Shown: positions 63,797 to 64,000 of the stretch, in pieces
How the letters are laid out: every line of letters begins with the position of its first letter
Numbering within the stretch: position 1 is the first letter of the stretch
NCBI RefSeq assembly: GCF_001194135.2
Contig: NC_068983.1
Coordinates: forward strand, 32,235,398 to 32,299,397
Reading direction: 5' to 3'
DNA from: Octopus bimaculoides
Taxonomy: Eukaryota
DNA: 64,000 bases
Position numbers and translations under genes: made by a program
Notes under the pieces: model-generated
The model's database searches: none
What the model saw: the letters and a program-made list of their open reading frames with translations, nothing else
Told to the model about the DNA's origin: nothing

Positions 63797-63976
63797 TATC
63801 ATCATCATCATCATCATCGTTTAACGTCCGCTTTCCATGCTAGCATAGGTTGGACGATTTGACTGAGGACTGGTGAAACCGGATGGCTACACCAGGTTCC
63901 AATCTGATTTGGCAGAGTTTCTACAGCTGGATGCCCTTCCTAACGCCAACCACTCTGAGAGTGTAGTGGGTGCTTA
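63797..63976 (-). mobile_element. RTE 3' tail copy
   Basis: (CAT)n followed by CGTTTAACGTCCGCTTTCCATGCTAGC. Confidence 0.85.
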
Positions 63977-64000
63977 CATATACATATATACATATACATA

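Overview
AT-rich, microsatellite-dense animal DNA with several N gaps. The repeat families (RTE LINEs with (GAT)n tails, tRNA-derived SINEs) look octopus/coleoid cephalopod; this is inferred from repeat content, not tested. The only clear host gene is the 3' six exons of 60S acidic ribosomal protein P0 (RPLP0, + strand, 353-2433). Three of its introns each carry a snoRNA that the ORF track does not show: a U22/SNORD22-like C/D RNA, an H/ACA RNA whose 3' pocket matches a conserved 28S site, and a U59/SNORD59-like C/D guide altered at the nucleotide that selects the methylation site. The rest is transposon-derived. It includes an intact Merlin transposase beside Merlin-type MITEs (one with TTAGGG repeats), a candidate solo LTR, RTE, R4/Dong, Tx1, CR1 and Penelope retroelements, and Tc1, mariner and maT DNA transposons. 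The Penelope copy ends in a hammerhead ribozyme with a predicted pseudoknot. Most short ORFs in the track are microsatellite or gap artefacts. Family names, rRNA target sequences and vertebrate snoRNA sequences come from motif recognition and memory, not database searches.
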